The notes: a model not told the origin generated them from the sequence alone. A stretch of 42,691 nt of DNA from Candidatus Kerfeldbacteria bacterium (GCA_016207275.1 JACQPY010000017.1:68479-111169); one strand, 5' to 3'; numbered from the stretch's first letter, positions 10,682 through 20,428 are shown. Numbers and translations: made by a program.

Positions 10682-12327
10682 AGCGATTGGTGGTGATGGT
10701 CGGAATCGCTTTGGCCATTGGCCTGTGGGCCTGGGCGACCGAGGCACGAGCGGCGACCTTGTTTTTGAGCCCGTCGAGCAAAACAGTCACCGTCGGCGAC
10801 AGTCTCAGCCTCAGCCTCAAGGTTAATGCCGGCGCCTCGGCCATCAATGCGGCTGAGGCGACGGTCAGTTTTCCCGCCAATCTGCTGCAGCTGACGTCCG
10901 TCAGCCAGCGCGGTTCGATTTTTACGTTTTGGGCGGTTGAGCCATCAGGTTCGAATGCCAGCGGGACCGTTCGCTTTTCCGGCGGCCTGCCCAATCCGGG
11001 CTACAGCGGGCTGTCCGGCACGATTGCGGTGATGAACTTTTCCGCCAAGACGACCGGCACGGCCAAGCTGACGATCAGCGGCGCCCAAGTGCTGGCCAAT
11101 GATGGTAAAGGCACGAACGTCTTGACCAGCGCTGGCAGCGGGAGTTTTGAAATCAAACGAGCGGGCGAGTCGCCCCCGCCACCACCAGCCGTGCCCGGTC
11201 GGCCGACCCCGGGCCTCAGTTCACGTTCGCATCCGGACAGTAACGCCTGGTACCGCGAGGCAACGGCCGTGGTCAGCTGGACTAAACCGGCTGGCTTGGA
11301 AGCAGTCAGTTTCGAGCTTAACCAGCGAGCCGACACGGTGCCTGACGATACGCCCGAGGCGAATACCGGCCAGGTGGAACTGAAGCTGGCCGCCGAGGGC
11401 GTCTGGTACGTTCACCTGAAAGGTCGGTACAGTTCGGGTTGGAGCGGGGTTGGGCACTATCGAATTCAGTTCGATGCGACCGCCCCCGAGGCTTTTGCAA
11501 TCGACGTCACCCGCGACCGGGGCGCGACTGACCCCAGTCCGCAGCTGACCTTTACCGCCCATGACGCGACCAGCGGAATTGTGCGTTATACGCTCAGCCT
11601 CGATGGCGCCGAAGCTTACGAGGTCGGTAGTCCGCTGACGCTGCAGCTCGAGCGGGCCGGTAGCCACCGAGTGGCGATCACCGCCATTGATCAAGCTGGC
11701 AACACCCGCGAGGCGACGGTTGACCTGGCGGTTGAAGGGTACGCCCCGCCGACCGTCACCAACATTACTACGCCGATTATCCTGCTCGATGCCCTGACGG
11801 TCCGTGGTCTGGCCCAGCCCGGTGATACGGTGACGGTCTTCGTCAACGAACAAGAGGTCGGTAAGGTTATTGTCGTTACAACCATCCAGCCGGGCGGACG
11901 GGCGCCGTGGATCTTGACCACCGACAAGTTGTTTCGGCCAGGCCGCTACCGGGTCACGGCCACGGCCACGAGTGCTGACGGCCACGTCAGCGTGCCGGCC
12001 GACGCCGTTGAGTTTTCCGTTACCGGCAAGGCGTTTTTACTGAACGGTCGGGTTGTGGCCACGGTCTCCGCCTTGCCGGTGATTACCGCCTTGGCCGCGG
12101 CCGTACTGGTCGCGATCATCGGACTGGTCGTGTTTCTGCTCGTCCGGTTGCAATTGATTCGCCATAAAGAACTGGAAGTTGAAGACGAGCTAGAAACGCT
12201 GCGCACCCGGGTCCACCGCAGCCGGCCGACCGGCGAGCAAATTGAGGCGACGATCGAAAAAATCGAACGCGACCTGCTGCGGCGTAAGCCCAAGCGGAGC
12301 AGCCGGAAGGGGACGGCGGCGAACTAG
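10678..12327 (+). CDS. Cohesin-domain membrane-anchored protein
   Basis: LFLSPSSKTVTVGD...INAAEATVSFPANLLQL, GGLPNPG; paralogous to the two preceding genes; ATGA overlap. Confidence 0.8.
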   Translation: MKRLVVMVGIALAIGLWAWATEARAATLFLSPSSKTVTVGDSLSLSLKVNAGASAINAAEATVSFPANLLQLTSVSQRGSIFTFWAVEPSGSNASGTVRFSGGLPNPGYSGLSGTIAVMNFSAKTTGTAKLTISGAQVLANDGKGTNVLTSAGSGSFEIKRAGESPPPPPAVPGRPTPGLSSRSHPDSNAWYREATAVVSWTKPAGLEAVSFELNQRADTVPDDTPEANTGQVELKLAAEGVWYVHLKGRYSSGWSGVGHYRIQFDATAPEAFAIDVTRDRGATDPSPQLTFTAHDATSGIVRYTLSLDGAEAYEVGSPLTLQLERAGSHRVAITAIDQAGNTREATVDLAVEGYAPPTVTNITTPIILLDALTVRGLAQPGDTVTVFVNEQEVGKVIVVTTIQPGGRAPWILTTDKLFRPGRYRVTATATSADGHVSVPADAVEFSVTGKAFLLNGRVVATVSALPVITALAAAVLVAIIGLVVFLLVRLQLIRHKELEVEDELETLRTRVHRSRPTGEQIEATIEKIERDLLRRKPKRSSRKGTAAN

Positions 12328-12350
12328 CGGCGACGGCTTGCGGCCTGGGC

Positions 12351-12378
12351 TTGACAAGTTGTTTTCTTCGATTATACT
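12351..12378 (+). promoter_or_regulatory. sigma70 promoter of the hrcA operon
   Basis: TTGACA-N16-TATACT. Confidence 0.8.
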
Positions 12379-12382
12379 GAAA

Positions 12383-12409
12383 TTAGCAGTCTAAGCTCGA
12401 GAGTGCTAA
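12383..12409 (+). promoter_or_regulatory. CIRCE operator (HrcA site)
   Basis: TTAGCAGTC-N9-GAGTGCTAA, one mismatch to consensus, directly before hrcA. Confidence 0.95.
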
Positions 12410-12420
12410 TCAAGAAAAGC

Positions 12421-13113
12421 ATGCTTTCTGACCGTCAGCACCGCATTTTGACCGACGTCATCCGGACCTACGTCCGGCAGGCCCACCCGATCGCCTCGCA
12501 GGCCCTCCAAGAGGACCGTCACCTGGATTTGTCGCCCGCCACCATTCGCCACGAAATGCTGGAGCTGGAGCGCGGCGGGTACCTATCTCAACCGCACACC
12601 TCGGCTGGTCGGATCCCCACCTTGAAGGCATGGCGGCACTACCTCGAGCACCAATTGAGCGACCGGCCGGTCAGTAAGCACGTTCGGGCGGAGCTGCGCA
12701 TGGTGGCCCGCGCTGACCAGTCGGCCGAGGAGCTCCTGAAGCGCCTGGCCCAAACCCTGGCCGACTATACGCAGCAAGCGGTGTTCGTCGCCTTTGACCA
12801 GCACGACACGTACTATACAGGTATTTCCAAACTCTTTGCCCAGCCGGAGTTTGACGAGGTTGATGACATTCGCGCTATTTCCCGAGTGGTTGATCGGCTC
12901 GATGAAGTCATGCCTCGCTACTTCCGCTTGATGGAACGTGACGTCGAAGTGCTCCTCGGCCCGGAGAGTCACTTGAGCGACGCCTGCAGCCTGATCCTGT
13001 CACGCCTGCCACGCCGACCGAGTTTACTCGGCGTCCTCGGGCCGCTGCGCCAAGACTACGATAACCACGTGTCGCTGCTGCGCTTCACCCGTACGTTACT
13101 GACTGAGGCATGA
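12421..13113 (+). CDS. hrcA: Heat-inducible transcription repressor HrcA (short form)
   Basis: LSPATIRHEM..LE..GYLSQPHTSAGRIPT and GVLGPLRQDY. Confidence 0.95.
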   Translation: MLSDRQHRILTDVIRTYVRQAHPIASQALQEDRHLDLSPATIRHEMLELERGGYLSQPHTSAGRIPTLKAWRHYLEHQLSDRPVSKHVRAELRMVARADQSAEELLKRLAQTLADYTQQAVFVAFDQHDTYYTGISKLFAQPEFDEVDDIRAISRVVDRLDEVMPRYFRLMERDVEVLLGPESHLSDACSLILSRLPRRPSLLGVLGPLRQDYDNHVSLLRFTRTLLTEA

Positions 13114-13655
13114 CCGATACTCCAACGACCGCTGGTCCGGCAACACAACGTCAATCGTCAACTGGCCTGGCACCACAAGAACAAACGCGAACCATCAGTG
13201 CCGCTGACCCAAAGATTGCCGCCCTCCAGAAGCAAGCCGCCGAGTATCTGGCTGGCTGGCAGCGCGCCAAGGCCGACTACCTCAATTTTAAAAAACAGGC
13301 GGAAAAAGACCAAGCCGAGCTGGCCAAGTTTGCCAATGCTGCCTTACTCATCGAGTTGCTACCGATCTATGACAACCTGAAGCGCGCCGTCCAGCACATT
13401 CCGTCCGAACAGCAAGACGTCGAGTGGGTCAAGGGGATCAGCCACATTCTCCAGCAATTCAAGCAGCTCTTTGCCAGCCTCGGCCTCGAGGAAATTAAGA
13501 CCGTCGGTCAGCCGTTTAATCACGAACTGCATCATGCCGTCGGTAAGGAAAAACGTAACGACGTCTCCCCGAACACAGTGGTTGAAGAGGTGAAGAGCGG
13601 ATTCCTGATGCACGGTCGGATGGTCACGCCAGCCCAGGTCCGCGTCGCCGAATAG
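13110..13655 (+). CDS. grpE: Nucleotide exchange factor GrpE
   Basis: WQRAKADYLNFKK, LLPIYDNL, F....HHAV, PAQVRV. Confidence 0.95.
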   Translation: MTDTPTTAGPATQRQSSTGLAPQEQTRTISAADPKIAALQKQAAEYLAGWQRAKADYLNFKKQAEKDQAELAKFANAALLIELLPIYDNLKRAVQHIPSEQQDVEWVKGISHILQQFKQLFASLGLEEIKTVGQPFNHELHHAVGKEKRNDVSPNTVVEEVKSGFLMHGRMVTPAQVRVAE

Positions 13656-13728
13656 TCAGCGTTTACCTACTACCCACTAATTACTAATCACTAACTACTA
13701 TGCAAAGGGAGTGACAAAGGAAACAACT

Positions 13729-14136
13729 ATGGCAATTATCCCGTATCGCTCTGTCTGGCCTGACCTCGACGACTTCTTCGGCGGCTTCGACCTGATGAAC
13801 TTCACGCCGGCCGTCAACATCTACGAGGATAAGGATCACGTCATGGTCGAAACACCGTTGGCCGGGATTGACCCGGACAAGGTGGACATCGAGATCGAGG
13901 ACAATGTCCTGAAGATCTCCGGCTCGACCGAATCGAAATCCGAGGTCGACGACAAGGACAAGCATTACTATCGCAAGGAAATCCGCAGCGGCTCGTTCTA
14001 CCGGGCGGTGGCTCTGCCCAAAGCGGTCGACGGCAGCAAAGCCGAGGCCCACTACAGCAAGGGCATTCTGAAAATCTCGATTCCGAAGAAAGAAGAGGCT
14101 AAGCCGCGCAGCATCAAGGTTAAGGCGACCGAGTAA
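13729..14136 (+). CDS. Hsp20/alpha-crystallin small heat-shock protein
   Basis: PAVNIYED, EIRSGSFYRAVALP, AHYSKGILKISIPK, C-terminal IKV. Confidence 0.95.
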   Translation: MAIIPYRSVWPDLDDFFGGFDLMNFTPAVNIYEDKDHVMVETPLAGIDPDKVDIEIEDNVLKISGSTESKSEVDDKDKHYYRKEIRSGSFYRAVALPKAVDGSKAEAHYSKGILKISIPKKEEAKPRSIKVKATE

Positions 14137-14147
14137 GACCTGAGGCT

Positions 14148-14243
14148 CCCGCACCGAAGCAACTGGTGTGGGGTCCTCGCCCGACGCTTTTCAGGATCCT
14201 GAAACGCTTCGACAGCGCTCAGCGCAGGCAAGTTCAGGATGAC
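14148..14243. repeat. Cluster of short palindromic repeat elements, one nested
   Basis: CCCGCACC..GGTGTGGG hairpin (14148-14173); ATCCTGAA..TTCAGGAT hairpin (14196-14240) enclosing GCTTCGACAGCGCTCAGCGCAGGC. Confidence 0.7.
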
Positions 14244-14279
14244 GAGTCGAGAAGCGCGGGGTGAGGAGGAACAACCACC

Positions 14280-14600
14280 ATGATGAACTTCAACGTCTTC
14301 CATAGCAATTTACACTTGAACGGTCGTTGCCCGGTGTGCAACACCATGTACGACCTGCACAAGTTTAAGATTCTGGCTGAGCGCGACCAGCACGTGTTGA
14401 CGTACATCCAGTGTTCGCACTGTGGCTCGGCCCTGCTGTCGGTCTTATCGATGAGCCCGCACGGCTTGCAGGCGGTCGGCCTGGTCACCGACCTGACCTC
14501 CGACGAAGTGACGCAGTTTGGTCAGCGGGCGGTGGTCAACAACAACGACGTGCTCACCCTCCACCAGTCGCTGGAAGACGACGCCTTCAAAATTCCGTAA
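14280..14600 (+). CDS. Small zinc-ribbon protein of unknown function
   Basis: CPVC...CSHC; GAGGAGG RBS. Confidence 0.8.
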   Translation: MMNFNVFHSNLHLNGRCPVCNTMYDLHKFKILAERDQHVLTYIQCSHCGSALLSVLSMSPHGLQAVGLVTDLTSDEVTQFGQRAVVNNNDVLTLHQSLEDDAFKIP

Positions 14601-14635
14601 GCTCAATCAATAACGATAAGGGTAAGGAACATCCT

Positions 14636-16489
14636 ATGGCAAAAATTCTCGGCATTGACCTGGGCACCACCAACTCGGCCATGGCCGTGATCGAAGGCGG
14701 CGAGCCGAAAGTCTTGGAAAACGCCGAAGGGGTTAGGACCACGCCGTCGGTAGTGGCGGTGTCGAAAACCGGCGAACGTCTGGTCGGCCAGGTGGCCAAG
14801 CGGCAGGCCGTGGTCAACCCGACCAACACACTCTACTCGATTAAGCGTTTGATCGGCCGGCGTTGGGACGACGCCGAAGTCCAGCGCGATTTGAAAGTTC
14901 TGCCGTTTAAGATTGAGCACGCCGGCGAGGGCGTGAAAGTGGCCATGGGCAGCAAAGACTATACTCCTCAAGAGATCTCGGCCATGGTGTTGCAGAAGCT
15001 CAAGGCCGACGCGGAAGCCAAGCTCGGTGAAAAAATCACGGAAGCGGTGATTACGGTGCCGGCCTACTTTGACGACAGCCAGCGGCAAGCCACCAAAGAC
15101 GCCGGCCGGATTGCCGGCTTTGACGTGAAGCGCATTATTAACGAGCCGACCGCCGCCGCCTTGGCCTACGGCTTCAACAAGAAAAAGGACGAGAAGATCG
15201 CAGTCTACGACCTAGGCGGCGGGACGTTCGACATTTCAATCCTGGAAGTGTCGAGCGACACGGTTGAGGTTAAATCGACCAACGGCGATACGCACTTAGG
15301 CGGCGACGACTTTGATCAGCAGATCATCCACTGGCTGATTGACGAGTTCCGCAAGCAGGAAGGCGTGGATCTTGGGAAAGATCAAATGGCACTCCAGCGC
15401 TTGAAGGAAGCCGCGGAAAAAGCCAAGCACGAGCTGTCAACGTCCATGGAAACGGAAATCAACCTGCCGTTCATTACCCAAGGCGCGGCTGGTCCGCTGC
15501 ATTTTGTGAAAAAGTTTACGCGGGCCGAGCTAGAGAACTTGGTTGGCGATCTCGTCGAGCAGACGCTGGGTCCGGTCAAAAAGGCGCTTGACGACGCCGG
15601 CCTGAAAGCCTCGGACATGAACGAAGTTATTCTGGTCGGTGGCCAAACGCGCATGCCGCTCGTGCAAAAGATAGTTAAAGAGTTCTTTGGTAAAGAACCG
15701 CACCTCGGCGTGAATCCGGATGAAGTCGTGGCGGTCGGTGCGGCGGTCCAAGCCGGCGTGCTGCAGGGCGAAGTCAAGGACGTGCTCTTGCTTGACGTCA
15801 CGCCGCTGACGCTCGGTTTGGAAACGCTGGGCGCAGTTGCCACGCCTCTGATCGAGCGCAATACAACAATCCCGACGTCAAAGTCGCAGGTATTTAGCAC
15901 GGCGGCTGATAACCAAACCAGCGTGGAGATTCACGTCCTACAGGGCGAACGGCCAATGGCCTCTGACAACAAGAGTTTGGGTCGGTTTATCCTGTCCGGC
16001 ATTCCGCCGGCGCCTCGAGGTGTCCCGCAAGTCGAAGTCACCTTTGACATTGACGCTAACGGCATCTTGAACGTCAAAGCCAAGGACAAGGCCACGAACA
16101 AAGAGCAGTCAATCACCATCCAGGGTTCGACCGGACTGTCCAAAGCCGAAGTCGAGAAACTTCGCAAGGACGCAGCCGTGCACGCTGCCGAGGACAGCAA
16201 GAAGAAAGAGCTGATCGAGGCGAAAAATCAGGCTGAGGCAATGGCGTACACCGCGGAAAAGGCGCTGAAAGACGCTGGCGATAAGGTTAAACCAGACGTC
16301 CGGGCTGACGTTGAAGCCAAGGCGAATGACGTCAAGAAGCTGGTTAAAGACAGCGACGATAAGTCGGCCATAGAAAAGGCGACCAAAGAATTGTCTGAAG
16401 CCATGCAGAAGATTGGCAGTGCGATGTATGAGAAGCAGGATGCTGGCAAGCAGCAGGCCGGATCTGTTGGAAAAGGAGACCCTTCGTAA
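14636..16489 (+). CDS. dnaK: Chaperone DnaK (C-terminal 22 codons cut off by an in-frame TAA)
   Basis: [37 protein letters not shown]; real start at ATG 14636. Confidence 0.98.
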   Translation: MAKILGIDLGTTNSAMAVIEGGEPKVLENAEGVRTTPSVVAVSKTGERLVGQVAKRQAVVNPTNTLYSIKRLIGRRWDDAEVQRDLKVLPFKIEHAGEGVKVAMGSKDYTPQEISAMVLQKLKADAEAKLGEKITEAVITVPAYFDDSQRQATKDAGRIAGFDVKRIINEPTAAALAYGFNKKKDEKIAVYDLGGGTFDISILEVSSDTVEVKSTNGDTHLGGDDFDQQIIHWLIDEFRKQEGVDLGKDQMALQRLKEAAEKAKHELSTSMETEINLPFITQGAAGPLHFVKKFTRAELENLVGDLVEQTLGPVKKALDDAGLKASDMNEVILVGGQTRMPLVQKIVKEFFGKEPHLGVNPDEVVAVGAAVQAGVLQGEVKDVLLLDVTPLTLGLETLGAVATPLIERNTTIPTSKSQVFSTAADNQTSVEIHVLQGERPMASDNKSLGRFILSGIPPAPRGVPQVEVTFDIDANGILNVKAKDKATNKEQSITIQGSTGLSKAEVEKLRKDAAVHAAEDSKKKELIEAKNQAEAMAYTAEKALKDAGDKVKPDVRADVEAKANDVKKLVKDSDDKSAIEKATKELSEAMQKIGSAMYEKQDAGKQQAGSVGKGDPS

Positions 16490-16563
16490 AGCTCAGGGCG
16501 GGGGGATGAGCCGGTGGATGCGAAGTATGAAGAGGTGAAGAAGGACGATAAGAAGTAACTGAT

Positions 16564-16588
16564 GCGCCCCCAGAAATGGGGGCGTTTG
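16564..16588 (+). terminator. Probable intrinsic terminator after the dnaK tail
   Basis: GCGCCCCCA-GAAA-TGGGGGCGT followed by TT. Confidence 0.6.
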
Positions 16589-16623
16589 GTAAATAGCGTA
16601 AACCGCCGCTTCGTCGCTGAAAG

Positions 16624-17444
16624 CCACCCCGTCACTCACGTTGTGAGTGCCACCCCTCATCCGATGGAGGGGAGTGTTAGGTAGCGGCGGCTCCGCTTAC
16701 TCCCCTCCGCTAACGGAGGGGTCGTCGCGTCGAACGACGCGACGGGGGAGGCGGAACGCTCGCCGCCGCAGCCTGTGGGCCAAGTCTTCAAGCATGACGT
16801 CAATGCCTTGATTGATGTCGGAGTTTGTGTAGCGCACGACCTTGATGCCCAGTGATTCGATGGATCGCTGGCGTACTAAGTCGTAGGCGCGTTGATTGGG
16901 TTCAAAGTGGTGGCCTCCGTCAAGCTCGATCGCGAGTTTGAGCTCGGGACAGTAGAAGTCAACATAATACCGACCGATAGGCTGTTGGCGCCGGAATTTG
17001 TAGCCCAAAAGGCCTCGTTGTTTCAGTCGAACCCAGAGCCTGACCTCCTGTTCGGTCATGTGTCGACGAAGATCGCGGCTCCTGAGTGTTGGTGGCGGAA
17101 TATCGGAAATATGGCGCATCGGTTGCGCCACGTGTCGGTAGCGTAGTCTCTTGTTGTATCATCCGTCAAGCCGCCGAAGGGGCGGTTTTTTCGACCACCC
17201 CGCCGCTCGCTAATGCGACGTCCACCCCTCCTCATGTGAGGAAGGAAAAGGTGGAGTGAGGCGGCTTTTCATCCACCACCCCGACGCTTGCTTGGCGCAA
17301 GCGTCACCCCTCCCTGGCGGGAGGGGAGTTTATGGTGGTCGCCTCACTCTGCCATCTACGTTCCATTAGTTGTTGCGGCGGCACAATAACTTCCCCTCCG
17401 CTCCGGCGGAGGGGTCGTCCCGTCATTCGACGGGACGGGGGAGG
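16624..17444. repeat. Five ~52-bp double-hairpin REP-like repeats around the DUF559 genes
   Basis: CC(A/T)CCCCG-hairpin-ACCCCTC-loop-GAGGGGA at 16624-16674(+), 16700-16751(-), 17195-17246(+), 17276-17328(+), 17391-17444(-). Confidence 0.85.
16697..17131 (-). CDS. DUF559 (Vsr-like) endonuclease, copy 1
   Basis: MTEQEVRLW..L, KFRRQQPIG.Y.VDFYC, IELDGGHH. Confidence 0.9.
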   Translation of the reverse strand: MAQPMRHISDIPPPTLRSRDLRRHMTEQEVRLWVRLKQRGLLGYKFRRQQPIGRYYVDFYCPELKLAIELDGGHHFEPNQRAYDLVRQRSIESLGIKVVRYTNSDINQGIDVMLEDLAHRLRRRAFRLPRRVVRRDDPSVSGGE

Positions 17445-17821
17445 CGGAGCGCCCGCCGCCGCACTCGTCGCAGCAAATCCTCAAGCACCGCGTCGATATC
17501 TTCGTCAACGTCGCTGTTTGGATAACGGATCACGAGTATATACTGCGATCTCAGGAATTGATCGCGTACTGTATCGTACTGTCGCTGTTCCGGCCCGAAA
17601 TGATGCCCGCCGTCGAGTTCAATCGCAAGTTGCAGCTTTACACAATAGAAATCGACGATGTATGGACCAATTGGTTGTTGACGCCTGAACTTGTAGCCTG
17701 CCAGACCGCGCCGCTGTAAGCGAACCCACAGCCGGACTTCCTGCACAGTCATACGCTTCCGGAGGTCGCGCGACAGCTGTGTTCGGATTGGTACAAAATC
17801 GCGGCGTATAGGTTGCGCCAC
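17423..17821 (-). CDS. DUF559 (Vsr-like) endonuclease, copy 2
   Basis: Same motifs; close paralog of copy 1. Confidence 0.9.
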   Translation of the reverse strand: MAQPIRRDFVPIRTQLSRDLRKRMTVQEVRLWVRLQRRGLAGYKFRRQQPIGPYIVDFYCVKLQLAIELDGGHHFGPEQRQYDTVRDQFLRSQYILVIRYPNSDVDEDIDAVLEDLLRRVRRRALRLPRPVE

Positions 17822-17891
17822 TTGACGGCACTCTAGCGCGCGTCGCTTCGCAGGTCAAGCCGTTGATGTGGTTTTTTGGTATACTGGTAGC

Positions 17892-18422
17892 ATGAAACTA
17901 GTCGTTCTGTACGGTCCACCCGGCGTCGGGAAGCTGACAGTGGCAGAAGCGCTGGCCAAGCGAACTGGCTACAAACTAATGCATAATCACCTGACAGTCG
18001 ATTTGCTGCTGTCGCTGTTTGAGTTCGGCAGCCAGCCATTCAAACGCCTGTCGCGCGAGCTGCGGCATCGAATCCTCGAAGAAGCAGCAAAACACGGTGT
18101 GGCGGGCGTGATTTTCACGTTCGTGTATGCCCGACCGGACGATCACCCAATGCTTCACAAACTGATTGCCAGAATGAGACGTTTCCGCGTTCGAATCGCC
18201 TGGGTTCAGTTGTCGTGCGAACAGACTGAACTTGAGCGTCGAGTGAGGCTGGAGACGAGACGCCGTTACGAAAAGGTGAAATCGGTGAGAAAACTCCGAC
18301 AACTCCAACGACGTTACAATCTCGCAGCTCCCGTGCCCTTCAAACCGAATCTCGTTCTCGATATCACCACGCTCAAGCCAACAGTTGCTGCTCAACGAAT
18401 TGTGAAACGCTTTAAGTTATGA
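17892..18422 (+). CDS. P-loop kinase (AAA_33-like)
   Basis: N-terminal GPPGVGKLT Walker A; lid motif RRVRLETR. Confidence 0.8.
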   Translation: MKLVVLYGPPGVGKLTVAEALAKRTGYKLMHNHLTVDLLLSLFEFGSQPFKRLSRELRHRILEEAAKHGVAGVIFTFVYARPDDHPMLHKLIARMRRFRVRIAWVQLSCEQTELERRVRLETRRRYEKVKSVRKLRQLQRRYNLAAPVPFKPNLVLDITTLKPTVAAQRIVKRFKL

Positions 18423-18670
18423 ACCTCGACCAAGAACTCCAAGCCCTGAAAGACCGTAACGCACGCGTTGAAGCAGACAAGGCCTGGGAAACGAGTTGGT
18501 TACGAGCACTAATCATTGCAGGGAGCACGTATGTTATTGCAGGGATTACACTGCAACTCGTTGGCGCGAGCAAGCCGTGGCTGACTGCCTTGGTGCCGAC
18601 ACTCGGGTTTTATCTATCTACGCTAACGCTTCCGCCAGTCAAGCGGTGGTGGTTAGGAAGACACAAATGA
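18419..18670 (+). CDS. Small two-TM hypothetical protein
   Basis: ATGA overlaps at both ends; RNARVEADKAWETS plus two hydrophobic helices. Confidence 0.8.
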   Translation: MNLDQELQALKDRNARVEADKAWETSWLRALIIAGSTYVIAGITLQLVGASKPWLTALVPTLGFYLSTLTLPPVKRWWLGRHK

Positions 18671-19170
18671 AGACTGTTTATAGTGATGGACATGTGGTAT
18701 TGAAAGTCCAGAAAAAGCCTTTTCCGAGTTGGTACATCTGGGCGCGACCGGCGGCAAACGTGATTCCAGTGACTGACGACGGCAGAATACTGCTCATGCA
18801 TGAGTACAAATCCGGAACGAAGCGATGGATCGGGGGTTTTCCCGGCGGAATCATCGAGCGGGGTGAGACTGCGGCACAGGCAGCGCGGCGCGAGTGTGAA
18901 GAAGAACTCGGTCTGCGACCGAGCCGACTTCGCAAACTCACTGAGGTGAAAACCGATTTTCCAGACACGTTAGTAACGTATTTTCTCGGTTTTGGATTGA
19001 AAAAAGTTCAGGCGAAGCATTGGGCGAGCGAGAAAATCGGTAATGTCAAGAAAGTGACTGTCAAACATCTGGAACGATTAGCGAGAAACGGAAAAATTCA
19101 GGATCCGCGGATGGTCGTGGCAATACTTTCATTAACGCGTAAGAAAAAAATAGGAAAAGTAAACTTATGA
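18667..19170 (+). CDS. NUDIX hydrolase
   Basis: Nudix box GGIIERGETAAQAARRECEEELG; start at the ATGA overlap. Confidence 0.9.
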   Translation: MKTVYSDGHVVLKVQKKPFPSWYIWARPAANVIPVTDDGRILLMHEYKSGTKRWIGGFPGGIIERGETAAQAARRECEEELGLRPSRLRKLTEVKTDFPDTLVTYFLGFGLKKVQAKHWASEKIGNVKKVTVKHLERLARNGKIQDPRMVVAILSLTRKKKIGKVNL

Positions 19171-19186
19171 TCGAAGTCGAACGGAA

Positions 19187-20428
19187 TTAGTTCCATCGTC
19201 TCCGGTACCGATTCGATGGGCGCCGCTGGCGTCGGTGCGCCGGTCTTCCGTACGGTCGCGCCGACGGTCCAACAAATGGCCGCGGTTCGAATTTCGGTGC
19301 GGGTGGTAAATCCGGCAGCCGGGAAACGGGCAGCCGTTTTTGAAGTAATCGCTCAATCGCGCGCAGGTCGCGGCCTTGGTCAGGCGTGGCAAAAGAAATC
19401 GCATGACCAGCTCGTCCGGCGCGGGCAGTTCGGCCGATGCGGTGGATGTAGTCGTCGGGTGTGGCTGGCAGGTCAACGTTGACTACCAACTCGATGCCGG
19501 TGACGTCGATGCCCCGCGCGGCAATGTCGGTCGCCACCAGGACGCGGTACTTACCGGTTTTAAATCCTTCCAGCGCGTCCCGGCGTTGGCCAAGCGAGCG
19601 ATTAGAATGCAGCTCGGCGACGTTGTAACCAGCATGCTTTAATGCTTGCGTCACCTTTTTTGCGCCGTGCTTGGTGCGGGTGAAAGCCAGCACTGACCCG
19701 CGGTACTCGCCCAGCAGCTTGGTCAGGAGCGACGTCTTTTGCGATTTTTCCACGACAAAAACCTCGTGCGTGACTTTGGCCGCGGCCGTGCCGGGCGGCG
19801 CCACTTCGACCCGCAGCGGCAGGTGCATGTGCTTGGTGGCGATGCGGACGATGTCTTCCGGCATGGTGGCCGAGAAGAGCATGGTCTGCCGCTGCTTCGG
19901 GACTTTCGCCAGGATGCGATTGAGCTGTGGGGCAAACCCCATATCGAGCATGCGGTCAGCTTCGTCGAGCACCAGGATGGAAATGTCGTTCAATCGGACC
20001 GTTCCCTGCTCTAGGTGATCGAGCAATCGGCCGGGCGTGACCACGATGATGTGCGGTTGTCGGCGCAGCGCTTGTTCCTGCGACTTGGCTGATTGGCCGC
20101 CAATCAAGACCGCTGTCCGCAGACCGAGCGGCCGACCGATTTGATGCAGCATCTCGTCTACTTGGATGGCTAACTCGCGGGTCGGGAGAATGATCAGGCC
20201 GCGGCCTTTGACTTGGGCCAGCCGCTGCAGCATCGGTAAACCAAACGCCAGCGTTTTACCGGTCCCGGTTTGAGCAATGCCGATCAGGTCTTTGCCGCTG
20301 ATGGCCACGGGAATTGCTTGCAGCTGGATCGGCGTTGGGGTCGTAAAGCGGAGTCGGTCGAGCGTGGCCAGGAGTTTCGGCGCTAGGCCCAGTCCGGAAA
20401 AGTCGTCAGTTGAGCGAGTCGGAGACAT
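19187..20428 (-). CDS. DEAD-box RNA helicase (RhlE-like)
   Basis: Q motif, AQTGTGKT, PTRELA, DEAD, SAT, HRIGRTAR. Confidence 0.95.
   Translation of the reverse strand: MSPTRSTDDFSGLGLAPKLLATLDRLRFTTPTPIQLQAIPVAISGKDLIGIAQTGTGKTLAFGLPMLQRLAQVKGRGLIILPTRELAIQVDEMLHQIGRPLGLRTAVLIGGQSAKSQEQALRRQPHIIVVTPGRLLDHLEQGTVRLNDISILVLDEADRMLDMGFAPQLNRILAKVPKQRQTMLFSATMPEDIVRIATKHMHLPLRVEVAPPGTAAAKVTHEVFVVEKSQKTSLLTKLLGEYRGSVLAFTRTKHGAKKVTQALKHAGYNVAELHSNRSLGQRRDALEGFKTGKYRVLVATDIAARGIDVTGIELVVNVDLPATPDDYIHRIGRTARAGRAGHAISFATPDQGRDLRAIERLLQKRLPVSRLPDLPPAPKFEPRPFVGPSARPYGRPAHRRQRRPSNRYRRRWN

Noticed and set aside
14411-14635. N-terminal extension of DnaK in the ORF track
   Set aside because: It overlaps the Zn-ribbon gene; the canonical [10 protein letters not shown] start with an RBS is at 14636.
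16487-16489. Stop-codon reassignment explaining the dnaK TAA
   Set aside because: TAA, TAG and TGA all end conserved genes at expected positions in this window (hsp20, dnaJ, msrB).
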